This document shows positions 15,792 through 26,133 of a stretch of DNA of 37,736 bases, one piece after another. The notes under the pieces were generated by a model, which made no database searches, had not been told where the DNA came from, and worked only from the letters and a program-made list of their open reading frames with translations. The DNA is from Deltaproteobacteria bacterium (GTDB lineage: Bacteria > Desulfobacterota > Desulfobaccia > Desulfobaccales > Desulfobaccaceae), in the NCBI GenBank assembly GCA_016874895.1, contig VGSX01000001.1, forward strand, positions 1 through 37,736, in the 5' to 3' direction. Numbering within the stretch: position 1 is the stretch's first letter; each line of letters starts with the position of its first letter. The translations under genes and the position numbers were made by a program.

Positions 15792-17360
15792 GTGCCAGGG
15801 GAAAACGACCACAATTCCATAAATCTGGCCCAACTCCTGCAGGGGCTGGAGAGCCTACAGATATGGGGAGATGAAGGTATTCCCATAACAGGGCTGGCTT
15901 ACCATTCCGGTCGGGTGGAGCCCGGAGATGTGTTTGTGGCAATAAAGGGGAACTGCACCGATGGGCACCTTTTCATCCCCCAGGCCATTGCCCGGGGGGC
16001 TCGCGCCGTGGTCCTGGAAGAAACCGTGGAACCCGTCCCCGGCGTCGTTTTTGTCCGTACTGCCGACTCCCGGAGGGCCCTGGCGCACCTGGCCGCCGTC
16101 TTTTATAATCACCCCACCCAAGACCTAACCCTCATCGGCATTACCGGGACCAACGGTAAGACTACCACCTCCTATCTGTTAGAATCCATCTGGGGGGCCA
16201 GCGGCGCCAGGGTCGGAGTCATCGGCACGGTCAACTGCCGGTTCGGCCGTGAGGTGCGGCCTTCACCCGTGACCACCCCGGAGTCCCTGGATCTCCAGGG
16301 CTTATTGGCCGACATGCGGGCAGCCTTGGTGGATTGCGCCATCATGGAAGTTTCCTCTCATGCCCTGGACTTGCAGCGGGCACACGGCTGCCGCTTTGCC
16401 GGCGCCATTTTCACGAATTTATCCCAGGACCATCTGGACTATCACGGCCATATGGAGGCTTATTTTGAAGCTAAAAGCCGCCTTTTCACCGATTATCTGG
16501 CCTCCAACGGCGCCTCCGACCGCCTGGCCGTGGTGAACCGGGATGATCCCTGGGGGAAAAAATTACTGCAGCGCCTTGCCACCCCGACGCTGACTTACGG
16601 GTTTGAAGCCGGGGTTGAGATCCGCCCGGAGAGCTACACCTTGACGCCCCAGGAGGTCCGGGCCGTCCTGGCCACTCCCTTCGGCCGTCTGGAAGTTGTG
16701 GCGCCCCTGGTGGGACGTCATAATCTTTATAATATCCTGGCTGCCAGCAGTGCCGCCCTGGGCCTGGGGATCGCCCCGGATCAAGTGGTGGCGGGACTGG
16801 CCGTACTTACCGGGGTGGACGGCAGGCTGGAGCCCGTGGCGGTGCCGGGGCAGCCCCTGGTGCTGGTGGACTACGCCCATACGCCGGATGCCCTGCATAA
16901 GGTCTTACAGGCGGTGCGGGATCTGCAGTTTGAGCGCCTCATAACAGTTTTCGGCTGCGGGGGAGACCGGGACCGCGGCAAACGCCCCCTCATGGGGCAG
17001 GCCGCGGCCCGGGGCAGCGATCTGGTCATTGTTACCAGTGACAACCCCCGCACCGAGGACCCGTTAGCCATTATCGCCGATATCGAGGAGGGCCTGCGGG
17101 ACCTGGGTTTCCCCCGGCTTGAGCTAGGAGAAATCGCCGGGGCCCGGCAGGGATACACCGTGGTGCCAGATCGCCGGCAGGCCATTCGTTCGGCCGTGGC
17201 CCTGGGGAAACCCGGCGAGGTCATCCTGCTGGCCGGCAAAGGCCATGAGACTTATCAGATCTTGGGGACCCGGCGGATTCATTTCGATGACCGGGAGGCG
17301 GCCCGGGAGGCGCTGCTGGCCAGCTCCAGGGCCGATTCCGAGCCGGAGGAGAGTTTTTGA
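15792..17360 (+). CDS. murE: UDP-MurNAc-tripeptide synthetase MurE (meso-DAP type)
   Basis: GITGTNGKTT, TTPES, MEVSSH, FTNLSQDHLDYH, VDYAHTPD, GCGGDRD, DNPR, AGKGHE. GTG 15792 has SD GAGGG; the ORF track opens at 15642. Confidence 0.95.
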   Translation: MPGENDHNSINLAQLLQGLESLQIWGDEGIPITGLAYHSGRVEPGDVFVAIKGNCTDGHLFIPQAIARGARAVVLEETVEPVPGVVFVRTADSRRALAHLAAVFYNHPTQDLTLIGITGTNGKTTTSYLLESIWGASGARVGVIGTVNCRFGREVRPSPVTTPESLDLQGLLADMRAALVDCAIMEVSSHALDLQRAHGCRFAGAIFTNLSQDHLDYHGHMEAYFEAKSRLFTDYLASNGASDRLAVVNRDDPWGKKLLQRLATPTLTYGFEAGVEIRPESYTLTPQEVRAVLATPFGRLEVVAPLVGRHNLYNILAASSAALGLGIAPDQVVAGLAVLTGVDGRLEPVAVPGQPLVLVDYAHTPDALHKVLQAVRDLQFERLITVFGCGGDRDRGKRPLMGQAAARGSDLVIVTSDNPRTEDPLAIIADIEEGLRDLGFPRLELGEIAGARQGYTVVPDRRQAIRSAVALGKPGEVILLAGKGHETYQILGTRRIHFDDREAAREALLASSRADSEPEESF

Positions 17361-17385
17361 CAAAGTCAGGGACGGATAGACTGAC

Positions 17386-18777
17386 ATGACCGCACATTTC
17401 ACCATCCAGGACATTCTCCAGGCCACCGGCGGGACCCTGTGGCAGCGGGGGGCCTCGACTAGCTTCGTGGGCGTCAGCACCGATTCCCGCACCGTCCAGA
17501 CCGGCCAGATTTTCATTCCGCTTAAAGGAGAGAATTTCGACGGGCATGACTATATCGGGGGAGCTGTCCGACGGGGAGTGGGGGCCCTGGTGGCCCAGGC
17601 GAGCTGGTGGAGGCATCAGGACCAGCCCTGGCCCAGGGACCTGACCATTATCCTGGTTCCTGACACCCTCCAGGCACTGGGAGATCTGGCCCATATCTGG
17701 CGGCGCCGCTTTATTGGCACGGTGGTGGCCATCACCGGCAGTTGCGGCAAGACCACCACCAAGGAGATGATTGCCCAGGTGCTGCAAAGCCGGTTCAGGC
17801 TCTTGAAAAATGAGCTTAATTTGAATAATCTCATCGGTCTGCCGCACACCCTGCTGCGTCTGGGCCCGGAACACGAGGTGGCGGTGGTGGAAATGGGAAT
17901 GAACCGTTTCGGAGAGATCCGCCGTCTATCTCAGATTGCCCGACCTGATATCGCGGTCCTGACCAACGTGCATGCCGCCCACCTGGAGGGTTTGGGGAGC
18001 ATTGGCGGGGTGGCCCGGGCTAAGTGCGAGATTGTCGAAGGCATGGCGGGATCTGGCCTGGTGATTTATAACTCTGACGACCCGCGCCTGAGGAATTTTT
18101 TCCAGAAATGGCCGGGGCGGTCTGTGGGCTTCGGCTTTGCTCCCGGAGCGACAGTTACTGCGACTAACACCTGCCCCTGCGGTCCTTGGGGCCAGCAGAC
18201 CCAGGTTTCCTTTCACGGTCACACCTGGACTCTGGAGATGCCCCTGCCCGGCCGGCACCAGATCTCTAATGCCCTGGCAGCCACTGCGGTAGGACTGGCT
18301 TTGGGATTGACCCCGGAAGAAAGTGCCATTTCTTTAGGTCAATTCCGCAGCCTGGATAAGCGCTCGGAACTGCAGCGCCACGATTCCGGGCTCATTATTT
18401 TTAATGATTGCTACAACGCTAACCCCGGTTCCATGGCCATGGCCCTGCAGACCCTGGCAACCTTAAAAAACCAGGGGAGGGCTTTGGCGGCCCTGGGGGA
18501 TATGCTGGAGCTGGGAAACACCACCGAAGCAGCTCATCGGGAGGTGGGTGGCCTGGCCGCCCGGCTCAACCTTGATCTGTTGATAATTTGTGGTAAATTT
18601 AGAGATTACGTTAAAGCTGGAGCCCTGGCCGGGGGCATGCCCCGGTCTCGGATTCACACCGTTGCGTCCCATTCCTTGGGGGCGGAAATAGTTAAGGAAT
18701 TCTGTCGTCCCGGAGACATCCTGCTGGTTAAGGGGTCTCGGGGGGCACGGATGGAGAAACTGCTGTCCTGCTTGTAG
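17386..18777 (+). CDS. murF: UDP-MurNAc-pentapeptide synthetase MurF
   Basis: [54 protein letters not shown]. Confidence 0.96.
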   Translation: MTAHFTIQDILQATGGTLWQRGASTSFVGVSTDSRTVQTGQIFIPLKGENFDGHDYIGGAVRRGVGALVAQASWWRHQDQPWPRDLTIILVPDTLQALGDLAHIWRRRFIGTVVAITGSCGKTTTKEMIAQVLQSRFRLLKNELNLNNLIGLPHTLLRLGPEHEVAVVEMGMNRFGEIRRLSQIARPDIAVLTNVHAAHLEGLGSIGGVARAKCEIVEGMAGSGLVIYNSDDPRLRNFFQKWPGRSVGFGFAPGATVTATNTCPCGPWGQQTQVSFHGHTWTLEMPLPGRHQISNALAATAVGLALGLTPEESAISLGQFRSLDKRSELQRHDSGLIIFNDCYNANPGSMAMALQTLATLKNQGRALAALGDMLELGNTTEAAHREVGGLAARLNLDLLIICGKFRDYVKAGALAGGMPRSRIHTVASHSLGAEIVKEFCRPGDILLVKGSRGARMEKLLSCL

Positions 18778-18838
18778 AGCAGCTATTTTCCGGTCCCGTC
18801 GGCGCCGGGCCGCGAGGACCTCACACGGGAATGACCCA

Positions 18839-19918
18839 GTGCTTTATCACCTGTTCTATCCATTAAAAACGATTTTCGGGGGCTTCAATGTCTTCCGCTA
18901 CATCACCTTTCGGTCAATTTATGCCATTTTAACGGCCCTGATCATCTGTTTTGTCATCGGTCCCTGGGTGATTCGGCAGCTCACCAAACATCAGATCGGC
19001 CAGTATATCCGGGAGGATGGCCCGGCCTCCCATCACTGCAAGGCCGGCACCCCTACCATGGGGGGGATTCTGATTATCGGGGCCACGATTTTTAGTACAC
19101 TGTTGTGGGCAGATTTGAGCAACCAGTATATCTGGCTTCTGGTCTTCGTAACCCTGGGATTTGGGTGCATCGGCTTTCTGGATGATTATTTGAAGGTCTG
19201 CAAAAAGCAGAATCGGGGATTGAGTGGTCGGGGCAAACTCCTGGGGCAGGTGGTGGTCGCCACCGGTGTGGCGGTTTGGCTCTATTCTTTGCCCAGCTTT
19301 GAAACTACCCTGGCGGTGCCCTTTTTTAAGGGGTTGAATCCTGATCTAAAGTGGGGCTTTATCCCGGTGGCAGTGTTTATTATTGTCGGGGCGGCCAACG
19401 CCGTTAACCTCACCGACGGCCTGGACGGCCTGGCCATCGGTCCGGTTACCATTGCCGCGGCCTTTTTTATGATTTTTGCTTACCTCACCGGGAATATCAA
19501 GATAGCGGAGTATTTACAGATACCCTACATCCGGGGGGCCGGAGAACTGGCCGTTTTCCTTGGGGCCCTGGTGGGGGCCGGCATCGGCTTTCTGTGGTAT
19601 AATGCCTATCCGGCCCAGGTTTTCATGGGGGATGTGGGGGCACTTGCCCTAGGCGGCGTTCTGGGCACGGTGGCCATTGCCACCAAACAAGAGATTCTCC
19701 TGGCCCTGGTGGGCGGGATTTTCGTGGTTGAGGCCCTGTCGGTGATCCTGCAGGTAAGTTTTTTCAAAGTTACCAATGGGAGGCGCATCTTCCGGATGGC
19801 GCCAATTCATCACCATTATGAATTAAAGGGTTGGCCGGAGCCCAAGGTTATTGTCCGTTTTTGGATCGTCGCGGTTATCCTGGGCCTGCTGGCCCTGAGC
19901 ACCCTAAAATTACGTTAA
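18839..19918 (+). CDS. mraY: Phospho-MurNAc-pentapeptide transferase MraY
   Basis: [42 protein letters not shown]. Confidence 0.97.
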   Translation: MLYHLFYPLKTIFGGFNVFRYITFRSIYAILTALIICFVIGPWVIRQLTKHQIGQYIREDGPASHHCKAGTPTMGGILIIGATIFSTLLWADLSNQYIWLLVFVTLGFGCIGFLDDYLKVCKKQNRGLSGRGKLLGQVVVATGVAVWLYSLPSFETTLAVPFFKGLNPDLKWGFIPVAVFIIVGAANAVNLTDGLDGLAIGPVTIAAAFFMIFAYLTGNIKIAEYLQIPYIRGAGELAVFLGALVGAGIGFLWYNAYPAQVFMGDVGALALGGVLGTVAIATKQEILLALVGGIFVVEALSVILQVSFFKVTNGRRIFRMAPIHHHYELKGWPEPKVIVRFWIVAVILGLLALSTLKLR

Positions 19919-19939
19919 TCCGCTGGAGGGGTTTCTGGC

Positions 19940-21322
19940 GTGGACTTTCCCGGCAGAAAAATACTGGTGGTGGGCTTGGGTAAAACGGGCATTGGTTTGT
20001 GCCGTTTCCTGGCCTCCCAGGGGGCGGACGTGACGGCCATGGATAGTGCCACACCCCCAAGTCTTACCGCAGCCTTGGAGGCTCTGCGGGATTGCCCGGT
20101 GCGGTTTGATCTGGGAAGCCCCCAACCGAGCCACTGGCGGGAATATGATATGATCATCCCCAGCCCCGGAGTGCCGCCGGAATCAGCCTGGCTCCAGGAA
20201 GCCGCGGCCGCAGGCATCCCGGTCATCGGGGAGCTGGAGGTAGCCAGTGCCTTTCTGAGACTGCCGGTAGCCGCAGTCAGCGGCACCAACGGCAAAACCA
20301 CCACCACCACCCTGGTGGGGGAGATGCTCCGGGCCTCGGGGAAGCGGCCCCTGGTGGGCGGCAACATCGGCACTCCCCTGGTGGATCTGCTGCCGGCCCA
20401 GGTCCAGGCCGACTGCTGGGTCCTGGAAATCAGCAGCTTTCAACTGGATACCGCGACCTCGTTTAGGCCCCAGGCCGCGGCTCTCTTGAATATCAGCGAT
20501 GATCATCTGGACCGCTATCCCGACGGACACGCCTATGCCCGTTCCAAGGCCAGGTTGTTCCAGCGGCAGCAACCGGAAGACTTGGCCGTCTTGAATGCCG
20601 ACGACCCCCAAGTGGCTGCCCTGGCGTCAGGTCTGCGGAGTAGGATTTATCTCTATTCTGGCCGCCGGACCCTGACCACCGGCGCCTGGAGGACGGACGG
20701 GGCCATCACAGTCAGGTTGGCCGGGGGCGTGGCCCTGGAATTTCCCCTGGCCGAGATCCTGTTGCCGGAGGCGCATAATCGGGAGAATATCATGGCCGCC
20801 CTGTTGCTGGCCCTGGAGATGGGGGCCACCCCGACCGGCTGCCGGGAAGTGCTGGCCAGCTTCCGGGGCCTGCCCCATCGTCTGGAATGGGTGGCCCAGT
20901 GGCGCGGGGTCGATTTCTTCGATGACTCCAAGGCCACCAATGTAGGGGCCGTGATCCGGTCCCTGGAACACTTCAACCGTCCCGTGGTCCTGATCGCCGG
21001 GGGAAGAGACAAGGGTGGCGACTATAGCCCCCTGAAGGCTCTAGTTCGTCGAAAAGTGAAGACCCTGATTCTCCTGGGGGAGGCCCGGCCGGCTCTGGCG
21101 GCGGCTTTTAAGGGCTTGACGGCCATGCACCCGGCCACCGATCTAAACCAGGCCGTGGAGCTGGCTGCGGCTGCGGCGGCGCCGGGGGATGTGGTACTCT
21201 TGTCGCCGGCCTGCTCCAGTTTTGACATGTTTCGGGACTATGCTGAAAGAGGCAACGTGTTTCAGCAAGCTGTCAGGAGTTTAGCTTATGGAAGACAAAA
21301 CTCCCGCCTCAGTCTCGCCTGA
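19940..21322 (+). CDS. murD: UDP-MurNAc-L-Ala:D-Glu ligase MurD
   Basis: GLGKTG, SPGVP, GTNGKTTTT, GGNIG, EISSFQL, DHLDRY, DDSKATN, LSPACSSFD. Confidence 0.96.
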   Translation: MDFPGRKILVVGLGKTGIGLCRFLASQGADVTAMDSATPPSLTAALEALRDCPVRFDLGSPQPSHWREYDMIIPSPGVPPESAWLQEAAAAGIPVIGELEVASAFLRLPVAAVSGTNGKTTTTTLVGEMLRASGKRPLVGGNIGTPLVDLLPAQVQADCWVLEISSFQLDTATSFRPQAAALLNISDDHLDRYPDGHAYARSKARLFQRQQPEDLAVLNADDPQVAALASGLRSRIYLYSGRRTLTTGAWRTDGAITVRLAGGVALEFPLAEILLPEAHNRENIMAALLLALEMGATPTGCREVLASFRGLPHRLEWVAQWRGVDFFDDSKATNVGAVIRSLEHFNRPVVLIAGGRDKGGDYSPLKALVRRKVKTLILLGEARPALAAAFKGLTAMHPATDLNQAVELAAAAAAPGDVVLLSPACSSFDMFRDYAERGNVFQQAVRSLAYGRQNSRLSLA

Positions 21323-22433
21323 ATACGATCATCTCTTGATGATCGCGGCCCTGTTACTGGTGGGCCTGGGCCTGGTCGTGGTCTTCAGCGCCAGCGGGGT
21401 GCTGGCCTCGGACAGGTACCATGATCCGGCCTTTTTTTTAAAAAAGCAGGTCATATATGCAGCCCTCGGCATCGGTTTGATGCTGGTGGTGGCCCGGATA
21501 CCCTATCAGTTATACAACCGCCTGGTTTATATTATCCTCTTTGCCAGCTTGATTACGCTCATCCTGGTTTTGATACCCGGCATAGGGGTAAAAGTCCGCA
21601 GTGCTTCCCGGTGGTTGAAGTTAGGGCCCATGATGATTCAACCCTCGGAGTTCGCCAAACTGGCCATCATAATTTTTCTGGCGTATTCCATGGCCCGGAA
21701 ACAGGAAAAGATCCGCTATTTTTCCATCGGCTTCCTGCCCCACATTGTGGTGGCCGGGGTCTTTATCCTGTTGATTGAGAAAGAACCGGATTTCGGCACC
21801 GCCATTGCTTTGGGAGGGATAACTTTTTTAATGCTCTTTGTGGGGGGCACGCGCCTGACCCATATCTTCCTGGCGGTGTTAGCCGTTTCACCCCTGTTGG
21901 TTTATGTCATTATAAAAAACAAGATGCGCCTGGAGCGGGTCATCACCTTTATTGACCCCTGGAAATATGCCCAGGATAGCGGCTACCAGCTGGTGCACTC
22001 GCTCTATGCCATCGGCTCCGGCGGTTTTTGGGGCCTGGGCATCGGTAAAAGCCGGGCCAAATTATTCTACCTGCCGGACGCGCACACGGACTTCATTTTC
22101 TCCATCCTGGCAGAAGAATTGGGGTTCCTCGGGGTCATAACGGTGATGAGTCTGTTTGTGATTCTGGTTATCCGGGGTCTGCTCACCAGCCTCAGGGCCC
22201 AGGATGTTTTCGGCGCTTATCTGGCCATGGGGCTGACCGCCCTCATCGGCCTGCAGGCCGCCATCAATATGGCGGTGGTGAGCGGTCTGATGCCAACCAA
22301 GGGGTTATCTCTGCCATTTTTAAGTTATGGGGGCTCTTCCCTGATTGTCAATATGATCGCCGTCGGTATTCTCCTGAATATCAGCTCCCAAAATCAGCAG
22401 CCCAAGGCGGTGACGCGGCGGGAGGGTAACTAA
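21288..22433 (+). CDS. ftsW: SEDS peptidoglycan polymerase FtsW
   Basis: RW, QPSEFAK, EPDFGT, GYQL, YLPDAHTDFIF, EELG, PTKGLSLPFLSYGGSS. Confidence 0.96.
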   Translation: MEDKTPASVSPEYDHLLMIAALLLVGLGLVVVFSASGVLASDRYHDPAFFLKKQVIYAALGIGLMLVVARIPYQLYNRLVYIILFASLITLILVLIPGIGVKVRSASRWLKLGPMMIQPSEFAKLAIIIFLAYSMARKQEKIRYFSIGFLPHIVVAGVFILLIEKEPDFGTAIALGGITFLMLFVGGTRLTHIFLAVLAVSPLLVYVIIKNKMRLERVITFIDPWKYAQDSGYQLVHSLYAIGSGGFWGLGIGKSRAKLFYLPDAHTDFIFSILAEELGFLGVITVMSLFVILVIRGLLTSLRAQDVFGAYLAMGLTALIGLQAAINMAVVSGLMPTKGLSLPFLSYGGSSLIVNMIAVGILLNISSQNQQPKAVTRREGN

Positions 22434-22482
22434 TTTTCAGATATCATTGCTAACAGGGAAGGAAATCTTAGAACAAACACCT

Positions 22483-23586
22483 ATGGCAACCGAGCAGTCA
22501 AACCATAATGCCAGAGTAATAATTGCCGCGGGGGGCACCGGCGGCCATTTGTATCCCGGCATCGCCCTGGCCGAGGAATTCCGGCGTACCCATCAGGCAC
22601 GGGTGAGTTTCATCACGACTCCCCGACAGGTGACCCTGGATATCTTGGGGCAGTATGATTTTCCCTGGCAGGTCCTCAAAACCCGGCCTCTGAAGGGAAC
22701 CGGGGTGGGGCAACGCCTCCTGTCCCTGTGCCGGCTGCCCTTTAGTTATTGGCAGGCTCGGGGGGTCTTGCGCCGGGAGCGCCCCCGGCTGGTGGTCAGC
22801 ATGGGTGGCTACGTGGCCGGGCCGGTGGGTCTGGCGGCCCACCGTCTGGGGATTCCTCTGGTGCTGCATGAGCAGAACGCCATCCTGGGGACCACGAACA
22901 GGCTGTTGGGGCGTGTAGCGGATCAGCTCTTTCTCTCCTTTCCGGAATCCGCGGGCAATCCGGCCCCCCACAGGTCCGTGTGGTCCGGCAACCCCATCCG
23001 GCCGGAGTTCTGCCAGCCGCTAAACCAGGCCCGGGCGGCCTCACCCTTTACTCTTTTGGTAATGGGAGGCTCCCAAGGAGCGCACCATCTCAATATGCAG
23101 ATGCTGGAAGCTTTGCCTCTGCTAGCGGCCCATAAAGAAAATCTACATATCATTCATTTAACCGGCAGCGCTGACGAATCAGTGGTGCGGGAAGCTTACC
23201 GGCAGGCCCGGGTCAGCGCCGAGGTGATGGCTTTCAGCCCCGAGGTGAGGAATTTCATGCATCGGGCCCATCTGGTTCTTTGCCGAGCCGGGGCCTCCAC
23301 CCTGGCGGAATTGACGGCCCTGGGTCGGGTGGGCATCCTCGTGCCTTACCCTTATGCCGTAAACCAGCATCAGGAAAAAAATGCCAGGTATTTAAGCAGC
23401 GCCGGGGCGGCCCTGCTGGTCTTAAATGAAGAGTTGACTGGACAGAAGATTGCTGAGATGATAGAAAAACTGATATCCTGTCCTGAGGAATTGCAACACC
23501 TGGAAGAGCGCTCCTGTTCCTTGGGCCGTCCCCAGGCTGCGGCGCTCATCGCCTCGAAATGTAAAGAATATTTATGCAGAAGTTAG
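22483..23586 (+). CDS. murG: Lipid II synthase MurG
   Basis: AGGTGGHLYP, GGY, HEQN, GNPIR, GGSQGA, RAGASTLAE, HQEKNA. ATG 22483 chosen; the ORF opens at 22447. Confidence 0.95.
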   Translation: MATEQSNHNARVIIAAGGTGGHLYPGIALAEEFRRTHQARVSFITTPRQVTLDILGQYDFPWQVLKTRPLKGTGVGQRLLSLCRLPFSYWQARGVLRRERPRLVVSMGGYVAGPVGLAAHRLGIPLVLHEQNAILGTTNRLLGRVADQLFLSFPESAGNPAPHRSVWSGNPIRPEFCQPLNQARAASPFTLLVMGGSQGAHHLNMQMLEALPLLAAHKENLHIIHLTGSADESVVREAYRQARVSAEVMAFSPEVRNFMHRAHLVLCRAGASTLAELTALGRVGILVPYPYAVNQHQEKNARYLSSAGAALLVLNEELTGQKIAEMIEKLISCPEELQHLEERSCSLGRPQAAALIASKCKEYLCRS

Positions 23587-23619
23587 CTTTTGGCCAGCTC
23601 AGTGCTCAGAGGATTACTG

Positions 23620-23677
23620 GTAGCGCTGACCTCCGGGTGGGCACCTGATTGGCCCAGACCTGGAGGCCTGGGTTCAC
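23620..23677. repeat. Inverted REP doublet, diverged copy
   Basis: GTAGCGCTGACCTCCGGGTGGGC-N8-GGCCCAGACCTGGAGGCCTGGGTTCAC aligns with the reverse complement of 4251-4307, with the same 8-nt spacer. Confidence 0.7.
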
Positions 23678-23766
23678 ACTGCAAGCGGGCTGGTTCTTTC
23701 TGGAAGCTGAACGCTAACCAGAATGCTTTGGCAATAAGTATATTACCCTAAGCATAGGTGTTCCTT

Positions 23767-25200
23767 ATGAACCTGGTTTCCAAGCACTATCATTTCATCG
23801 GCATCGGCGGCATCGGCATGAGTGGTTTAGCGGAGTTGCTGGTGCGCCAGGGGTATAAAGTCAGCGGCTCCGATCTGGCGGCCAATGCCCTAACAGAAAA
23901 ATTGGAGCACCTGGGGGTGCGCTTTTTTCGCGGCCACGCCCCGGATAACGTGCTGGGTTCCGAGGTGGTGGTGATCTCCTCGGCCATCGGCCTGGACAAT
24001 CCCGAATTACGGGCAGCCCAGGCCACAGGCCTGCCGGTGCTGTCCCGGGCCCAGATGCTGGCCGCGCTGATGGCCGAAAAAAGGCAAATCGCCATTGCCG
24101 GGGCGCACGGCAAAACCACGACTACCACTATGGTCGCCTCGGTCCTGCGCCAAGGAGGCCTGGCCCCCTCGGTCATGGTAGGCGCGGTGGCGGATGCCTT
24201 GGGAAGCAACGCGGTCTTGGATCAGGGTAATTATTTTGTGGCGGAGGCCGACGAAAGCGACGGCTCCTTTCTGGTGTTAAAGCCTCACGTGGCGGTGGTC
24301 ACCAACGTGGACCGGGAACATTTGGACCATTACCGCGATCTGTCGCATATTCAGGAGGTTTTTGCCAAATTCATCCATCAGGTCCAACCGGACGGCCTGC
24401 TGGTGGCCTGCCATGACGATCCGCATGTCCGCCCGTTATTGGCCGGAGTGCGAACCCGCTTAGTTACCTATGGCTTAACCGACGGCGGGGACTACCGGGC
24501 TCGAGATATCCAGGTGAACGGGGCCGGGAGTTCTTATATCCTGCTGCACCAGGAAAAAGAGATGGGGCGGATTCAGATTCCCCTGGCCGGGCGTCACTAT
24601 GTCTGCAATTCCCTGGCCGCCGCGGCCGTGGGTTTTGCCCTGGGTCTGGACTTCACCGATATCAGGGCCGGGCTGGCCCGCCTCGGAAAGATCAAACGGC
24701 GTTTTGAGATCAAGGGGGAAGCCCAGGGGATTACGGTTATCGACGATTACGGGCATCATCCCACCGAGATCAGGGTGACCCTGGCCGCCATGGCCCAGGC
24801 TTATAGTGACCGCCGGCTGGTGGTGGCCTTTCAGCCCCACCGCTACTCCCGGACCCAGGCCTTGCTGCCCGAGTTTTTCCCCATCTTTGCCGAAGCCGAC
24901 CTCCTCTTTCTCACGGATATTTACGGGGCCGGCGAGAGGGTGATACCCGGCCTGTCCGGACGTGATCTGTATCACGGGGTCAGAGATGCCGGTCATCCCG
25001 ATGTTTATTATGTTGCCGACCGGAAAGAGTTGGCCTCGAAACTTTGGTGCCATCTGCGCCCCGGCGATGTTCTGGTGACTATGGGTGCAGGGGATATCTG
25101 GCAGACCGGCGAGGAAATTCTCCGGCGTCTGGCCACCCGTCCCCTCCCCGCCGGTATCGTCCCTGAAACTTATGCGGTCCAATCCTCTGAGGCTTGCTGA
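23767..25200 (+). CDS. murC: UDP-MurNAc:L-Ala ligase MurC
   Basis: HFIGIGGIGMSG, GAHGKTTTT, EADESD, EHLDHY, DDYGHHPTE, FQPHRYSRT, MGAGDI. SD AGGTG precedes ATG 23767. Confidence 0.96.
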   Translation: MNLVSKHYHFIGIGGIGMSGLAELLVRQGYKVSGSDLAANALTEKLEHLGVRFFRGHAPDNVLGSEVVVISSAIGLDNPELRAAQATGLPVLSRAQMLAALMAEKRQIAIAGAHGKTTTTTMVASVLRQGGLAPSVMVGAVADALGSNAVLDQGNYFVAEADESDGSFLVLKPHVAVVTNVDREHLDHYRDLSHIQEVFAKFIHQVQPDGLLVACHDDPHVRPLLAGVRTRLVTYGLTDGGDYRARDIQVNGAGSSYILLHQEKEMGRIQIPLAGRHYVCNSLAAAAVGFALGLDFTDIRAGLARLGKIKRRFEIKGEAQGITVIDDYGHHPTEIRVTLAAMAQAYSDRRLVVAFQPHRYSRTQALLPEFFPIFAEADLLFLTDIYGAGERVIPGLSGRDLYHGVRDAGHPDVYYVADRKELASKLWCHLRPGDVLVTMGAGDIWQTGEEILRRLATRPLPAGIVPETYAVQSSEAC

Positions 25201-25202
25201 CC

Positions 25203-26105
25203 ATGACGTATGCCCGAAGTTATGCCACCAGCCGCACTGCCACGAAATCGAACCGATCTCGTCGCTCCAACAAGAGAAAAATCGATAAGATGCATTTCAG
25301 GCGGAACAGCTTCGCCCGTAAACCCCGTAACTGGCAGCGCCTTAAAAACCTTTTTCTGGGGGCCTGTTTTGCCTTTACGGCCGCCTCGGTGTTGGCCGGT
25401 TTCAGTCTGCTTATGGTCTTCGGCTATCATTATCTCCTTACCATTCCTTATTTTTGCATCAAAAGCCCGGAGGGGATAAAAATTGAGGGGCAGGCGCTTT
25501 CTCAGCCCGCCGCAGTCTTACAGGAAATGCAGATCAAGCCCGGCGTCAGTCTCCTGGCCGTCCAGCCTTTGAAGGTGGAAAAAGCCCTGATTCAGCAGCC
25601 CTGGATCGAACATGCCGAGCTAACCCGCATCTGGCCCGACCGGGTACACCTCAAGGTGCGGGAGCATAAACCCTTGGCCCTGGTTAAATTAGACAAAGTA
25701 TATCTCATGGATGCCCGGGGCATCCTGTTCAAAGCCCTGGAACCGCATGATCCGCATGACTATCCCGTCATTACCGGACTTAAAGAGGAGCATTTCCGCC
25801 GGGTGGAGGGCAACCTGACCCCTTTGTTGGCCAGGGTTTTCGATTTCCTGGAACTGCTGCAGGATCGCCAGAATTATTTTAATTTAGCCACGGTTGCTGA
25901 AATCAATATTGATTCCGAGAGAGGCATCACCATCTACCCCACTGAGCTAAACCTGGGGGTGAGCATCGGCTTCCAGGGCCATAGCCAGAAATTGGCAAAT
26001 TTACAGAAAGTGATGCCGCACCTGAAACAGAGTGGCGATTTGTCCAGCATAGAAAAAATCGACCTCAACTTTCCGCAGCGAGTTCTGGTCAGCCGCAGAC
26101 ACTAG
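25203..26105 (+). CDS. ftsQ: Cell division protein FtsQ/DivIB
   Basis: Basic cytoplasmic N-terminus, one TM helix, POTRA domain (PWIEHAELTRIWPDRVHLKVREH) and C-terminal IDLNF. Directly upstream of ftsA. Confidence 0.88.
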   Translation: MTYARSYATSRTATKSNRSRRSNKRKIDKMHFRRNSFARKPRNWQRLKNLFLGACFAFTAASVLAGFSLLMVFGYHYLLTIPYFCIKSPEGIKIEGQALSQPAAVLQEMQIKPGVSLLAVQPLKVEKALIQQPWIEHAELTRIWPDRVHLKVREHKPLALVKLDKVYLMDARGILFKALEPHDPHDYPVITGLKEEHFRRVEGNLTPLLARVFDFLELLQDRQNYFNLATVAEINIDSERGITIYPTELNLGVSIGFQGHSQKLANLQKVMPHLKQSGDLSSIEKIDLNFPQRVLVSRRH

Positions 26106-26133
26106 TAATCATTGTTAGGTTAAGGGGAATATC

